Shown piece after piece: positions 13,986-28,300 of a stretch of 64,000 bases of DNA (within the stretch, counting starts at the first letter, position 1; the number at the start of each line of letters is the position of its first letter). The notes beneath the pieces are model-generated. The model saw only the letters and a program-made list of their open reading frames with translations, did no database searches and had not been told where the DNA came from. Location of the stretch: positions 756,470 to 820,469 of the forward strand of contig MNCI01002011.1 in assembly GCA_015680685.1 (NCBI GenBank). The letters are read 5' to 3'. Origin of the DNA: Gnetum montanum. Its lineage: Eukaryota; Plantae; Gnetophyta. The translations under genes were made by a program, and so were the position numbers.

Positions 13986-15200
13986 GGTTGGCCAAATCAA
14001 AACTAAATTATAATCATCAAATACATTTAACAATAAACAAATCCCTAGATGATGGAAAGAAAAATACAACAGATTGCATGAATTAAAAAAGGTTAAATAC
14101 CAAATATTGAAATGAAAAATGGAGGATTCTAATGTATCTAATGAAGCAAAAAATAATATGTAGATTTAGACAAATGTCTAAGAAATATAAAATATTGTCA
14201 AAATGATAATCCAAGCTTGCTAAGGGTTTTCTAGATTCTTACAACCACTATCATGTCAAAGATTATTGATTTTATGTTTTTAGACATTTCATGAGCCCTA
14301 AAAAGTATGTTTTTTTTTGCTATTATTATAATTTCCATAACTAGGAGGCTAGGGATTACTAAATAAAAGTTTTTTATATTTCATGTAACCTTATTATGAC
14401 CTCACATGTAGGTTATGATGGATTGAAAAGGATGCCTTATGATTTGCATTAGTATGCTAAACAATGTTGCTTGCTAGGCTATTGGCATTTGGAGTCATCT
14501 TGAGATTGGGGGAGGGGAGGGGGATGTGTGTTGCATGGGGAGGTGGGGGAGGGAAGATTTAAGAATATTCTAGTTCTATAGAAGAATGTTTTCTAGAATT
14601 TGGAATAAAGTCAAAACATGGTCAAACTTTGTGAAAACATTGACTAACATCACATGCAAGATAATAAATCTTATAAATAGCCAAAATGTAGAAAAAAATA
14701 TTAAAATATTTAGGTATGAAAAATCAAGCAAATTAGTAAATAGGTGTTGAACAAATGAAAAAATGAAAAACCATGTGTACTAATCAAAATTACCATAACC
14801 TAAAGAACTAAAACATCAATTTATCCTACCTAGAATTTTTAGTGTTATAGGAAGGATTCTCACATGGATTCAATCTTCTAAATAATCTTTGAATCCTAGA
14901 TAAAGTTATAGATTAATGATCGAATCTAGACAAGATCTAAAATAAGATCTAGAAATATGGATTATTGTAGCTCTTGGTAGATAGTATAGATCTAGATCTA
15001 GCTCTGTCAAATTCAACAAAATATCCCTCTCTAGTTTAATCTCAAAAATGTCAATAGAGCAAGGCAAAAGAATGCTCTTTTATGAAATAGTGGTTAAGCT
15101 TATATTGTAGTAATGGTTTGGAGATGTTGGTGATGGGCACTATGTTAGTCAATCGCATTGACAAATAATTGTCAATGCATCAACATTGACATAACCCTAA

Positions 15201-16049
15201 TGATGAGCGGTGAGGTACCCCTATGTCCAACCGTATGAATCACAAGTGTTCACACATGATCTAGTTGAATTTTGTTAATGGGACTAATTGTGGCATCTAG
15301 ATCATTATGCTTTGATTACAATTCGTTGTCTTCCCGCTTGGACTAGTGCTAGCTTTGTCACATATGGTTTAGTCCAAAGTGAGGTATATGATGTTGTCTA
15401 ATTCTATGCTACTCCTAATGACAATAAAGAGATAAATTAATTAAACTAATGAACAATGGAAAATAAGATCTAAACTAGCCTATGTGTGATGAGTATCCAT
15501 TCCCAATCATCCATACATGCCTTGGACTTCATATAACTACTACTGGGATTGCTAAGCGTACATCACTAGGTGTGCCAATGATACAGTGTTGGATTACCAA
15601 GTATTACACTTAAGCACTCATGATTAAGTTATACTCATTCCACTTAATAATAGGAATAGTAAATAGCAATAAATGGAAACATTAATAAAGAAAATAGTAA
15701 ATAATTAAAGCAATGATGAAATTAATCTTGATCTTTATTTCTAGTCATGTAACGTATCCAAGTCCATCACAGTCAAACAAAGGTGTTGTACAATTACAAA
15801 TATCACACTACAAGCATGCATTGGAAAATGCAGAAATCTAAGAAAGACTATCAAAAATTGACAACTAAAACTATTTTCACTATATTTTGTCCCAACCATG
15901 CACCCAAGTGTTGTATTTATAGGCTAGCACAAAGGAGATGATATCTGATATTTGACATCACTTCTTGGGCTTTTGATATCAAGTATCCAATATCAGGGGC
16001 TTTGATATCAGATACTTGATATTGAAGTTGATACATTCATGACTCATCA
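15201..16049 (-). repeat. 3' LTR of B (849 bp)
   Basis: Direct repeat of 23557-24431; PPT adjacent; minus-strand TATA at ~15914-15923. Confidence 0.92.
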
Positions 16050-16238
16050 TGCCCCCACAACTAAATGAAAACTGATCCTCAAGTCAAACAAAATAAGGAA
16101 CAAGTTCCTTACAAAATATTGGGAAGGCATGGGATTATTAACTAACTTAAACAATAAACAAAATAATTAACTTTTGCATGTTGTAGTGGTGATTAACAAA
16201 AATGTAGACACAATATTACAAGACAAAAACTAGGAAAC

Positions 16239-18971
16239 TCATGTAGTGCCTGGAGGCGGTGGCTACTTCATTATTTGCTTCCTTTTGTCGCTAGGCTTGT
16301 GAAATTTGTAGCGATCAAGTAATGCTTGCAAATTCTCCTCTTCTATCCTTGGAACATGTACCATCCAGCTAAACCAATGTGTGCTAGTATTGGTACATCC
16401 CAAGGACATGGCAATCATGGGAACATCTTATTAGCATTCACATACCAAGCCACAAATTGCTGTTGTTCTTCCTCAAAGGCCCTAGCTTTTTTCTAAATTC
16501 TTGATAATCTAATAATATCCTAACTAGGTCTAAGGTGACATATTTCTGTCCATGGTAGCTAGCTTTAACCACATTCAATTTTGAGTTTACCACATGGAGC
16601 TTTTGCAAAGCATCTTTTCTATCAGAAAACTCTTTCTCATATAATGCATAAATGGTTACTACCTGTTTCTCTAGCTTATTCTAAGTTTGACCTACTATTA
16701 ACATGGCAAGGTTGGCATATCTAAGGTTAGCCAATGCCATGTATTCCTTCAAATCTTTGATCTACAGATCTTTGTTTTTTCACTTCTGCTTGATGGACCA
16801 GTGCATAATTATCCAAGATGGGTTGCCAGTTAGGATTTCACACTAACATGGCTCCAATACTAGCTTTAGCCATCTAGATTTCTTTTTCATTTGTTTTCCT
16901 ATCCATGCCTACCTGTTCATAGAAGTATTCCTTCAATTTTTCATGCTTCTTGGCCTCATTCTGCCACACACTAATTTCAATTGTAGATTTTAATTGAATA
17001 ATGCATACCTCCTCCATTAAGAGGGTTCTAGTTTTTCTAGCCAATTTATTGATGTCCTAGTTGATCCTCACCAACTATTCTCTTAATTGGTGGACTCTCT
17101 CCTTAAGAATATTCTTTTATTTTTTTAGTTGTGATTAACCTTGAATTTTCAGTGGCAAGCTATTTATTTTCCTCTTGCATGGTGGTCAATGCCTTTTTAT
17201 ATGCGTAGGATTGTGCATTAGTAGCCAAGGCATTCCAAACTACCTTCTTCTTTTCTTGTTCTATAGTTGCACTCTCCTCAGTTAGCTTGGCTAGTAGCTC
17301 CATCATGAATTATTCTAGCTGATCAAGTGCAACAAATCAGGTAGGATCCTATCATTTAGCTCTTAGGATGGCTAGCTCTTGTTGTAACCTTTACACTTTC
17401 ACTTATGCGTTATTCACCATAACTTCAACCATTACTAGCTTCCTTTTGGTGGCTATGAGGTCTACCTATGCTACAGTAACATCACTAGGGATGTCAAACA
17501 GGGTGGTCATTACTTGCCCTAGTTGCAGCAAGTGATCTAGCACATCCTCATGCATTGTAGGAGTCACTGAAGTCTTGGCTAGCATCTACACATCTTTGGT
17601 CCTAGTAAGATCTATTAGGGGCACAACAAGTACATGAAATGATTCCTTGATGTGATCCATAATCACTTTTGTTGTTCCTACCTTATCCTAATGCTACATT
17701 ACCAAAACTATGACACTTTCTCTAGTTTCAAGCATCACTTGAAAGGATGAGACATTTCCAAAATATTTCTTGAACCATTGGGATCCTCCTCTTAATTGTA
17801 ACAAGATCTCTCCCCTTATTGGATTGGTTGAAACAGTGGGCTATATGACATCATTGATTACTTTAAAGAGATTAGACTCATGTTTTCTTTCTCAACTAAC
17901 AACTTTAGTGATTTTTTGTAGATGGCTCATTTAGGAACTATAATCTTGTGGTGGTGGTAGGGGAGCTTGTGTTTTAGGGTGATGTGCAAGCTCATGTTGT
18001 ACTTCTATTTCTGGTTCTACTTCCTTCTCCAATTCTTGTTCTTTACCAAGGTCTTTTCTTAGTGTTTTAGGTTTGAGAAACTCTATGAAGGAAGTGTTTT
18101 GAGCCTTCATAGGGATGTCATTTGTGTACCTTGTGATTCTAGCATGTTTCCATAACCTTCTAATTAGGCAAGGAAATTGGAGTGTTGGCTTCCCTACCTT
18201 TTTCTCCTCAAATTGCCTCTAAATTTTGGTGAAGTAGAATTGGGGAAGATTGGCCATGTACTTGCCCATTAAAATGGCACTTCCCTTGGCCACAAATGTT
18301 GAGATCCTATTAAGCCCTTTGGTTAGGAAGAGATAGTATGTACCGATCTTGAAATATTTCCTCTCCTCCATTGTTAGTTCACTATATGTTTTATCTTCTT
18401 TATCATATGCTTGTCTTAGCCACAATTTTCTGGTGTCAAGATCAAACCTAGTGGACAAATGGGCTACCTTAGCCCCTTCATTTGGCAAACTAAGAGCTAC
18501 TGCAATTGCCTTGATTGAGACAAAGACGTTAACTCCATAGATGTTTATAATTGTTCCTTCATCTTTTTTATGCTAGAATTAGTGGATCTCACCAAGGTAC
18601 CATTTTCCATTGTCTAAAAGAATGGGCCACAATGGTGATGCCTGAAGTTGTGTCTAAACCATTTTTGGGGAAAAATCCATAAATGGGCCAAAATTCATCT
18701 CCATGATGATCATGGTCAATATGGACCTTTCTTGAATGGCCTCAAGGAATTTTTGAGACAATGTGAGATGTTGTCCTTGTGTGAGGGCCTATAGTTCTAC
18801 AACCTCTCTTTGGACAAACTATCTTGTGACAAGAGCCTCTTGATAAATGCTGAATGATTGGGCTTCTTACTCCTCATTCTCTACAAATTTTCCTTGTTGG
18901 CCTTATCCACCTCATGGCTTCTTGGCTACTTACTATGAGGGTTCTTTTTGTACACCTCATTTTGGAGCCAT
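16239..18971 (-). pseudogene. Extra 3' ORF of B (~900 codons, env-like position, C-terminal coiled coil)
   Basis: Starts ATGGCTCCAAAA (MAPK) directly after a CTTTTCTTGATTGTAG splice-acceptor-like site; includes ORF 18219-18488; ends ...PPPPGTT*; homologous to A's extra ORF. Confidence 0.75.
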
Positions 18972-21023
18972 CTACAATCAAGAAAAGATTGGGTGTTACT
19001 AAGGTATTGATAGTTATCGTTAACAGATGTATACCATACTCCTAACCTTAATTCATTAAGTTCTTAGTTCATATGATTGCAAAGTTAGAAAATTTTCCAA
19101 GAAAAATCCCCAAAGAGTGTTTATCTTCTTTTATAAACCTTTGAAATTAGTTCATTTTTCCTTATGTGTGGCTTATTATAATAGTTATGGTCCCTTGGGT
19201 GGAAAGATCAATGCCTTTGACTTTACCATGATTAATTTTTCAGTATAACACTTATGGTTTTTAACATTCTTACCCTTATAATATCCTTTGGGAAATATAA
19301 AATTTTGGAAAAGTGGTGCAATTTTCTCACACAAGCATCCTCCACCACTAACTTGAATACTTCAGGTTCAAACGGGTTTAAATGGTATAGAAAATGAATC
19401 AGTGGAGAGCTAAATATCATAAGTGGAAAGTAGATGCATAGAGCTCTGAGTCATGAGAGAAAATTTGAATAAATCCCCTAGCTAAAAATGATGAGAATGA
19501 ATTTTAGGCACCATGGGGATCCTATATATAGGTTTCATGCAACTCAATATCATGTATCCAATGTCATGTTCCACTCAATATCAGGGTCCATGAATAAGCA
19601 TCTCATGGGGGTATTGAGCATGGAAAATGAATCTTTGTGATTGGTTGGAAGGTTTGAGGTTAGGTCCATAGTTTTGGGGTAAGTGGGAAATTAGTGTGAA
19701 GCACCAGAAGTGTTGGAAGGTGAATTCGTCAATGTGAAAAGCTTTAGAAGAAGTAAGAAAAAGGGGCATTGAAATCTAGGTTGTTGATAGATCAAGTTAC
19801 ATGAGAAGGGAAACAACAAAATGTAACAATTAAGTGCTTGGAAGGTTAAGAATGACGTGGTTGTCTCAAAAAAGTACAAGTCACAAAAATTACACATGTG
19901 GCTCCTCCCCAAAGTAGGTTCTATCCTATGATGGCCTTGTGTAACCACACCTAAAAATGTTTGTAGGCACTAAAGGAGTTGAATGCAACACATACCTATG
20001 CAACAAAACACACATGTTAATCACCAATTTGAGATAGTAACTCTATGTTACACAAACCACAAGTTAGGATCAAATAGATAACAAGATTTGATGGATAGTA
20101 GAAAGGATTGTAGAAATTAGGACATGAGGTGTCTTACCATGGGCTTAATGAAACCTTGTGTGTTATTAATGGTTAAATAATCATGAGTCCTTCTTTTCAA
20201 GATTCAAACCAAGTCCAAACCACATTATAGTGACATCACATTGTTTCATCATGTTGGTGGACAACCATAAGACTATCATAGTTGCAAGGAGTAACATCAC
20301 TTGGTCTTTTGTCCAAGGGAGGAGCTTATTTATGGCACACATGTGTGTTATTTTTTTATGGAAGTTTTGAGAAGCCACCAACCTTCAGGCATAGGTACAT
20401 GTCTTTCCAATGGAACCTACAAAATTTATTCAATGCCTTTTTATGGTACTCTTACTCCCATTTTTTGTTAGAACTACAAGGATATAATTAAAACCTTAGC
20501 AACATGATAGAACATATAGAAGTGGCCAAAGAGAATCCAAAAATTCCCTTGATGTCACACCCTTTACATTCTACCTTGCTTCTGCACTCTTCTTCCTAGA
20601 CACAATGGTTATGGATTTATTTTTAGGTTGTATGATGGAAAAGAATATCATTATGACCAAGGTAAGATCCTCTTATTAATGTAATGAGTGGATGGATGGT
20701 TTGGTCTCAATGTTCAAATAATCAGTCCCTTATGACTTGACAACATAAAGAAAACCTCACCTTAATGGGCTACATGATTTTTTTATTCACAATTAAGATT
20801 ACATAACAAATAAAATGAAAAGAACACATAGAAAAAATTGGAAGAAATAGGAAAAATTGTATCAAGAAAGGAGAAAATGACAAAAAATTGTAAAACAAAA
20901 GGATGGAAAACACTTATGAATCTTGAAGATTAGAATGGGGGTTGACCCCCATGACTACACATTTGGCCATGAAAAGGAAGTGGTTAGATAGGATCCATGC
21001 ATGTATAAAACATTGGTAACCAT

Positions 21024-23432
21024 TCATTCCCTAGCCACTAGGTGTCTTTTGATGTTGCGGTGGCTAGGTAGATAAATTTTTTGGTCCCACACTTGATTGT
21101 TAAATGTTTGGTGGGTTAGGATATGATGTGTGTTATCATGATAGATGTCTAGCCCATGATTGCATCCTTGATAATGATATTGTATGCATGGATTTGTTTG
21201 TCTCCCCATAATATTAGATTCATTATTTGGGTTTGGGATTGGAGTAATGATGGATAGTGGCCATTGTGCATGAGTAAAGGATGTTGGTGGTGAAAAGGGA
21301 GGCATTGCACTAGATTGGAATTATGCTAGTTTAGATGGTATGGTAGATCCATGAGTCTTTTGCTTGGGCTTATGGCCTTTTCTCTAGAAGGGATGTTTCT
21401 AAAATTGCTATTAAGACCTTCTAGTATCAACATGTCTATGCACATTCATAGCACAAGTGGCATTCATTTGTTGATATTGTGATGCTAAACCTTCCTATGT
21501 CCTTGGTGATGGCATGTGATGAGGTTAGGGATGAGAATATCAAGGGTAGGATGGATGGTAAGAGGCACAAGGTGGTTATCTCTTCGAAGATGTCATGAGT
21601 TGATGGTACACGAGAGAGTGATAGTGGCAATTTGAAGTAGAGGATGTAGAATTAGTTGGAGAAATAGGGTGCTGAACATAATATCCATGAGGTTTCAATT
21701 GGTAGGAAGGATAGGGCTGATTTGGTGGTGGCCTCCCCCATGACTATGGTTGTTGCCATTGTGGTTGATGATAGTGTTGAGGATAATAGTGATGAGTCCC
21801 CCTAGGATGATACAGTTGATTGTGGGGCTATTTATGATTACCATGTGGAAAGGAAAATCTCTCGAGCATGTACTTGTATACAAACTTTGGATTTAAGGCA
21901 TATGCCCAATACTCATGCAGATGCAACAAGATAGGTCAATGGCCCTTCATATGGTCATATATGTAAATGTCACATCCATTATCATCATTTGTGGTTGAAC
22001 TTATAGCCTCACTTCTATCAACTATTTTTCTTGTTTTCTAAAAAGTGTTCCTAGTTATTTCTTGGTTATGTATCCTTTGTTTATTGTGATCACCTAGTTT
22101 TTTTTGTATGATCCTCTCCTTGACTATTTTAATAAGAGTTGTAACATTTTCATATATCCATTTTGACATCCTATTAAACCTTGCTTTAAGTTCATCAATA
22201 GACTTCTATATTAGTAAGATTTTTTGTGAAATCACCTTATCAAGAGTGGTTTCTTTGTCCTTACCATAGATATGGACCTCCTTCTATTGAAGAGTTGGAT
22301 CCTAGTGATATTTCTCAACATTCTCCCATTTGCATATCTCTCCTTCTTCTTTTGCCACATGCTGAATTAGTTCTCAAATCTAATGGGCTTGTAGCTCATA
22401 TAATTGAGCTGGGGCATACATCCCAAGGGTCTCCCTTGTTTCATTACAAAGCCCATTTACGATGTGGAATAGTTGCCTTTCCTTAGAGAAACCATGGCCT
22501 GGGCATCTATTCAATAGCTAATAATATCTATCTAAGGTCATGTCCAAGGGTTCATGTTTTTCTTGCTTCCATCCTTTGATCTATCTCCTTAGGTTGGACA
22601 CCCTTGCATAGGTTTGGTATTTATCATTGAAGAATTCCAACATTGTGGGCCATCGTTGGATTGAATTTGGTTTTAACAATCTATAACACACTTTGGCTCT
22701 ATCAATTAGTATACTAGGAAAGAGCTTAAGATTTTACCACGAACTTTCAATGTTGTAGAAAATACAAGCATCATGGAAGACTTGTAAATGATGTTGCAGA
22801 TTTGAATCATAGACTCCTGCAAATTTAGGAATATTATTCATATCAAGCCTGGGTAGGGGGCTCTCTTTACAATGCTTGCAAGATATCTTAATTGCTTCTA
22901 TGATCTATATTAGGATTTAAATGGCCAAAAAGGGTTCATCATCATCATACAGGCTGTGATGAAAATTTCTATTTGGTTGATTGTGACGATTTTGTTTATG
23001 TTCATGTTGATGATTATGAGTGTTCCTGCAAGTTTGATTTTTGTTTCTATTTTGACTGTTTAGTGGAGCTTTATTTTCATACCTACATTCATCTTCATTA
23101 GAACTAGACGTTGAAAGGAAAAAGGAAGATGAGGAATTGGAAGGATTGCCATGGCTTCTATGGTGTTTCCTAGGGAACCTTAATTTATTGTTTCTTGGTT
23201 TTGAGGAGGTCTTAGGCCTTGAGGCCTTCCCTAGTTTAGGAATTACTTCATCCTCGCTAGGGTTTTCTACCTTAGGTGAATGTATTCTTTGAGTGTCATC
23301 AAGGTGGTCATAAACATAAGAAACCCCTACATAAGGTTGGTCACTCCAATTTTCCTCACTATATATCTCATTAGTTCTCTAATGAATGTTTTTGTTATAT
23401 AGTACATCATTGCTTACTTGTGGAAGAGACAT
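21024..23432 (-). pseudogene. gag: gag of B (Retrotrans_gag-like core, Pro/His-rich C-terminus)
   Basis: LDMNNIPKFAGVYDSNLQHHLQVFHDAC at ~22770-22850 is homologous to F gag (~57360-57445); HICLEMDIGYY aligns with F HRCPGHGY. Confidence 0.8.
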
Positions 23433-23537
23433 TATTGTTGGCTTATGGTGTGTGTGATTTAATATTTTTGGAAGATATATTGTTTATACCTTTACAATAA
23501 TCGTGTATGATGTAACTAATCTAGATAACTATCACCA

Positions 23538-23555
23538 TCCTTGGCAACAGTGCCA
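23538..23555 (-). promoter_or_regulatory. Primer-binding site of B (tRNA-Asp type, Athila)
   Basis: TGGCACTGTTGCCAAGGA is a transition-decayed TGGCGCCGTTGCCGGGGA, 1 nt after the LTR end. Confidence 0.85.
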
Positions 23556-23556
23556 A

Positions 23557-24431
23557 TGATGAGCAATGAGGTACCCTTATGCCCAAACATATGAATCACA
23601 AGCATTCATACATGATCCAATTGAATTCTATGGATGGGACTAGTTGTGGCATCTATACCATTATGCTTTGATCCTAGTTTGCTATCTTCCCACTTGGACT
23701 AGTGGCAGCTTTGTCACGTATGGTTTAGTCTAAAGTGAGGTATATGATGTTGTCTAATTGTATGTTGCTCCTAATTATGATAAAGAGATAAATTAAGTAA
23801 GCTAATGAACAATGGAAAATGAGATCTAAACTAGCCTATGTGCGATGAGTATCTATCCCCAATCATCCACACATGCTTTGGACTTTATATAACTACCATT
23901 GGGATTGCCAAGCGTACATCACTAGGTGTGCCAAATGATACACTATTGGATTACCAAGTACTTACACTTAAGTGCTCATGATTAAGTCATACTCATTCTG
24001 CTTAATAATAGGAATAGTAAATAGAAATAAATGGAAACATTAACTAATGAAAATAGTAAATAATTAAATAATTAAAGTAATAATAATTGTAAGTGAATGC
24101 AACAGTGATGGAAGTAATCTCGATCTTTATGTTCAGTAATGTAACGTGTCCAAGTATGTCACACTTGAACAAAGGTGTCATACAATTACAAACATCACAT
24201 TGTGGGCATACACTAGGAAATGCAAAATCTAAGAAAGACTATCAAAAACTAAGAACTAAAACTATTTTCTCTATATTGTGTCCCAACCATGCACCTAAGT
24301 GTTGTATTTATCGGCTAGCATAGAGGAGACAATATTAGATATCCAACATTGCTTCTTGGGCTCCAATATCAGGTATCGAGGCTCCAATATTGGATATCTG
24401 ATATCGAGGCTAATAGATTCATGACTCATCA
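23557..24431 (-). repeat. 5' LTR of B (875 bp)
   Basis: Colinear with 15201-16049; PBS adjacent. Confidence 0.92.
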
Positions 24432-24436
24432 CCTAG

Positions 24437-25240
24437 CTTCACCAACGCATCAAAGTTGATGCAAGCCTCATAGATATCTATATAAATGCATGCATAAATT
24501 GCATTTATGATACCTTTTGGTCATTATGTAGGTAGATTCTTGGAGTTTTTTCTTGCATAAATTAGAATTATTTTTTCCAATGAGTGCTCGCAGTGTGGAT
24601 TGAATAGGTTATATGAATTTTTATTCAAATTCTCATGTACCTAGACATATTGACATGGAAACATTAAAATTGAGATTTATTCTATCAATTTTAGTAGTTA
24701 GCTTAATAGTTTAATTTACTTTCTTGTAGTTTACTTTTTATTTTCTTTACTCTTCATACAATTAGTTAAATATTTTATTCCATTTCACTTAGTGAATTTA
24801 CATGAGTATGATCAATTTTGAGCATAAATATGCTAGCCCTTGGTAATTCAACAATGGATCACTTGGTATGTTCAATCACAAAACATTGTATAACTTAACA
24901 ATGTTAGTACATGTTTAGGATCTATATTTAAATTAAGGAATTGATACTTTATGTTTAGACTAGATTAGACATATTTACTGCATATAGGGTAATTATATTT
25001 ATATTTTAATATTTTGATATCTCTGATATTTTAATAATAATAAAGTCAAATTTTATGCATTATTTACACTTAACCATATAACTTGAGCTCACACAAGTGT
25101 GATTGGAAAGACAACGATCAACATCTTAGTGCTTGGCTATCTAAGACATCCAACTCGTCTAGTTCATGAAATTTGACAAGATCATGTGTGAATGCTTGTG
25201 ATTCATATGGTTGGGCATAGAGCTACTCTACTATTCATCA
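24437..25240 (+). repeat. Main part of the 5' LTR of C
   Basis: TATA CTATATAAAT at ~24478; U5 end similar to B/F LTR ends; followed by decayed PBS TTAGCATCATTTCTAGGGAT (25241-25260). Confidence 0.8.
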
Positions 25241-25369
25241 TTAGCATCATTTCTAGGGATGAGTGCTAGTGTTTTAGATAGTTAGGATTATTCAAGGATC
25301 ATTGTTATAACGTTTTATCATCTAAAAATAATAATATTTCATTCTCAGACACACTTACAAACTAGAATA

Positions 25370-28300
25370 TGTCTTATTATCCTAGATCAGATTTCCCACT
25401 TGCTGATGATTCAAACAGAGCATGTGATACAAGCATGAAGAATTGAAATGAGATAATGTAGTAAATAAAATTTTCTTACCAACATCTAGATCCATATTAT
25501 TCAGATCTCATCTTTATTCTTTACCAAGATTAAAAACTATGATAGAGCAACTTAAATGATAACATAGTGTTGCCACCTAATCATGCAGTGCCATTAATGC
25601 TCATGGTAATATTGATGAAAGTCAGACTTGAAGTAGTAGCTCTAGACTATAAAATAGTTGATGAAATATCTAAGAATTACGAATTCATAGAGATCAATCT
25701 TCAAAAATATAGATTTATGGAGGCTTACTATGAGCTTTCAAATGAAAGAGGACTCATATTCACTTAACATGATAGTCAAATAAGGAGGATATTGATTATC
25801 CATCTAGTAGATCACAACATTAAAATCCTCTATCTCTCAATAGAAAAGGCATAAATCATCGATGACTACATTCAACCTTGGAAAGAAACCAAGGAAAGGG
25901 GAGAGATAGATCCAAGAAGGAGGACTTCAAGACCAAGGTCTTCCAATAGGTAGCCAAGAGAATAGCAAATGGATCAAAGAAAAAGAGCAAGCTAATGTAA
26001 CTTGCCTAGCTCTCAATATTCTTTTTCATCATCATTGTCAAGATTGATAGGAGACTAGGTAAAGTTGATATAAGAAACCACCATAGAGATGGTATACGAA
26101 AAGATATATGTAAATAAGGATATGGGAACCATCATGAAAGAAAATGAACCATGAAATACCAAAGAAGACATGGTAGTGAAAGGAATCATGAGGGCCATGA
26201 ATATTATGATGAACTACTACTTATCATAAGAATCATGATAAATTTTTCAAAGGTACTTTACATCCCTACTAGGTATCAAGGGGTTAGATATGAAAAACAT
26301 TTCAAAGTTTGAAGGATATGACAATGTAGTTTCAAAACATCACTTGTAAGCCTTCCATGATGGCTATGCCACATAGAACATAGATAACAATTAGTAGAAG
26401 CTAAAAATGTCTCCAAGGACATTCATCAAAGAAGCTAAAAGTTAGTACTAGTCCTTGGAAATTGAATCTATTAGGAAATAAACTAGGATGTTGGAGTTGT
26501 TTAATGAAAATATTAAACATACTCTAGGGTGTTTAATTTGAGGAAGCATATTCAAGTGTAAGAAAAGACAATCATGAATCTCTTGATGTGACATAGGGTA
26601 AATACTATTCTCTAGTCCATAGATGATCATGTCATGTATTTTTTCAAAGGAAACAAATATTCCATATCATAGATAGAATTAGGGAAAAAATAAGAGAAAC
26701 TTTAAGGATCTGCATCCAAGGGAGATTATAAGAGATGAGAGTCCATTAGATTCAATGATTCATTGATCAAGTATAATAAATATTTCTCAATTCATAAGAA
26801 GAAGAATGAAGAAGCATCATTATATGAGGTAGTATAAAGAAAGATCTTTCCTATTCAAAAATTAGTTATGAAAATTTTGGTAAAGGTTGATAAAATGTGG
26901 AAATCCATTGCTGAAAAGTTTCAAAAAGTATTAAGTATTGTGGAGGAGAAAGAAGAATAAGGAAGAGATAAAGATGAAGAAAAAAGAAAGAAAATAGATG
27001 CAAGAAAGGATTATTCTTAGCACAAAGGAAAAAAAGATATAGTAGAAAAGGTTGAAGAATCATATCAGATGATGATGGTTGTGATATTTACCAATACGAC
27101 CATGTGAAAGGCTATTGTCCAATAATGTCACACTTGAAAGAGTATGAGGCTTATGAATTAAATCAAAATTTTATTATGAAGTAAGCTCCAAGAAGGTTAC
27201 CTTATCCCCAAGATAACTATAGGAAACTCTATGATCAAAATACTACTACCTAAGTGGACCTCCACCTCAACCCTAAGAGTACTACTAAATGTGAGAAATC
27301 CATAGTCATAGGGGATGTCATCATCAAGGTAGTACTATCTCTATAGGAAACCTAATCCATATGGATATTATTTTCAAAATCCTATATATCCTAGTAACTC
27401 TACCACTCATGTTTCTACTTATCATTATTATCCTTCAAAGTATCATAGGTCTACCACTTTATTTGATAAATATCCTTCATTCTATACTCCTCATCCTTTG
27501 AAACACTCTCAATCTCATGTTTTAAACCCTTTACCACCTTCTCTACTAATGTAAGAAGAAATCCATTTAAAACCTAATAAATGAAATTCCAAAAGAGTAG
27601 TAAATTTGAAAATGGATGAAAACTTAAGAAGTCCTAAGTATAAGCCTTGAAAATATCTATTCTTTAGGCCAGCTAGTTCATCTAGACTTTCATAGTCATT
27701 TATGGCTATAGATTTGATACTAATAATCTCCTAGATAACATCTAATCCTTCTTTAAATTAAACTATTCTAAAAATATAGACTATCATATACACTCATGCT
27801 GTGATAGGCTAGCTAAAGACTAGACACCTGTCCAAAAAAGGAACTAATCTAAGAAGTCTCTTAATTTATTTTTAGATCCTAGGAAATGCACCATGCAAAG
27901 CATTACTAAACTATGGTTATAAATTCAATCTAATTTCTTCAATTCATGTATAAGGTTCAAAACCTACCACCACTAAAGAAACATGATAACAAATTAAATC
28001 TTGCATACCAGTCCATCACTATTCCCTTAGAACTAGTAGAAGACATCATGACCACCATTAGTAGTTGGTCATACCCTACTAATTTCTTAGTAATCCATAT
28101 AGGTAATTGTAAAGGGAAATTTTTCATCATCATGTAAAGATCTTGGTTAAGCATAATTGATGCTAAGCTAGGAATCAAATATTTCTTCTTGGAAATTTTT
28201 AATGAGAATTAACATGGAACAATAGAGAAGAAGAGGGTTTAATATATCATGTATAGTGACATAGGTTGTAATTTCATGGAGAAAATTTAGGCTATTCAAA

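Larger units (their letters stand above)
15201..24431 (-). mobile_element. Athila-like element B, complete, non-autonomous (gag + extra ORF, no pol)
   Basis: Two LTRs bounded by TGATGAG...CTCATCA; TSD CCTAA/CCTAG; PBS at 23538-23555; PPT GTGGGGGCA adjacent to 16049; no PR/RT/IN motifs between gag and the 3' UTR. Confidence 0.92.

Noticed and set aside
12219-15130. Possible host gene exons in the non-LTR spacer
   Set aside because: Extremely AT-rich with only short low-complexity ORFs; no supportable exon structure.
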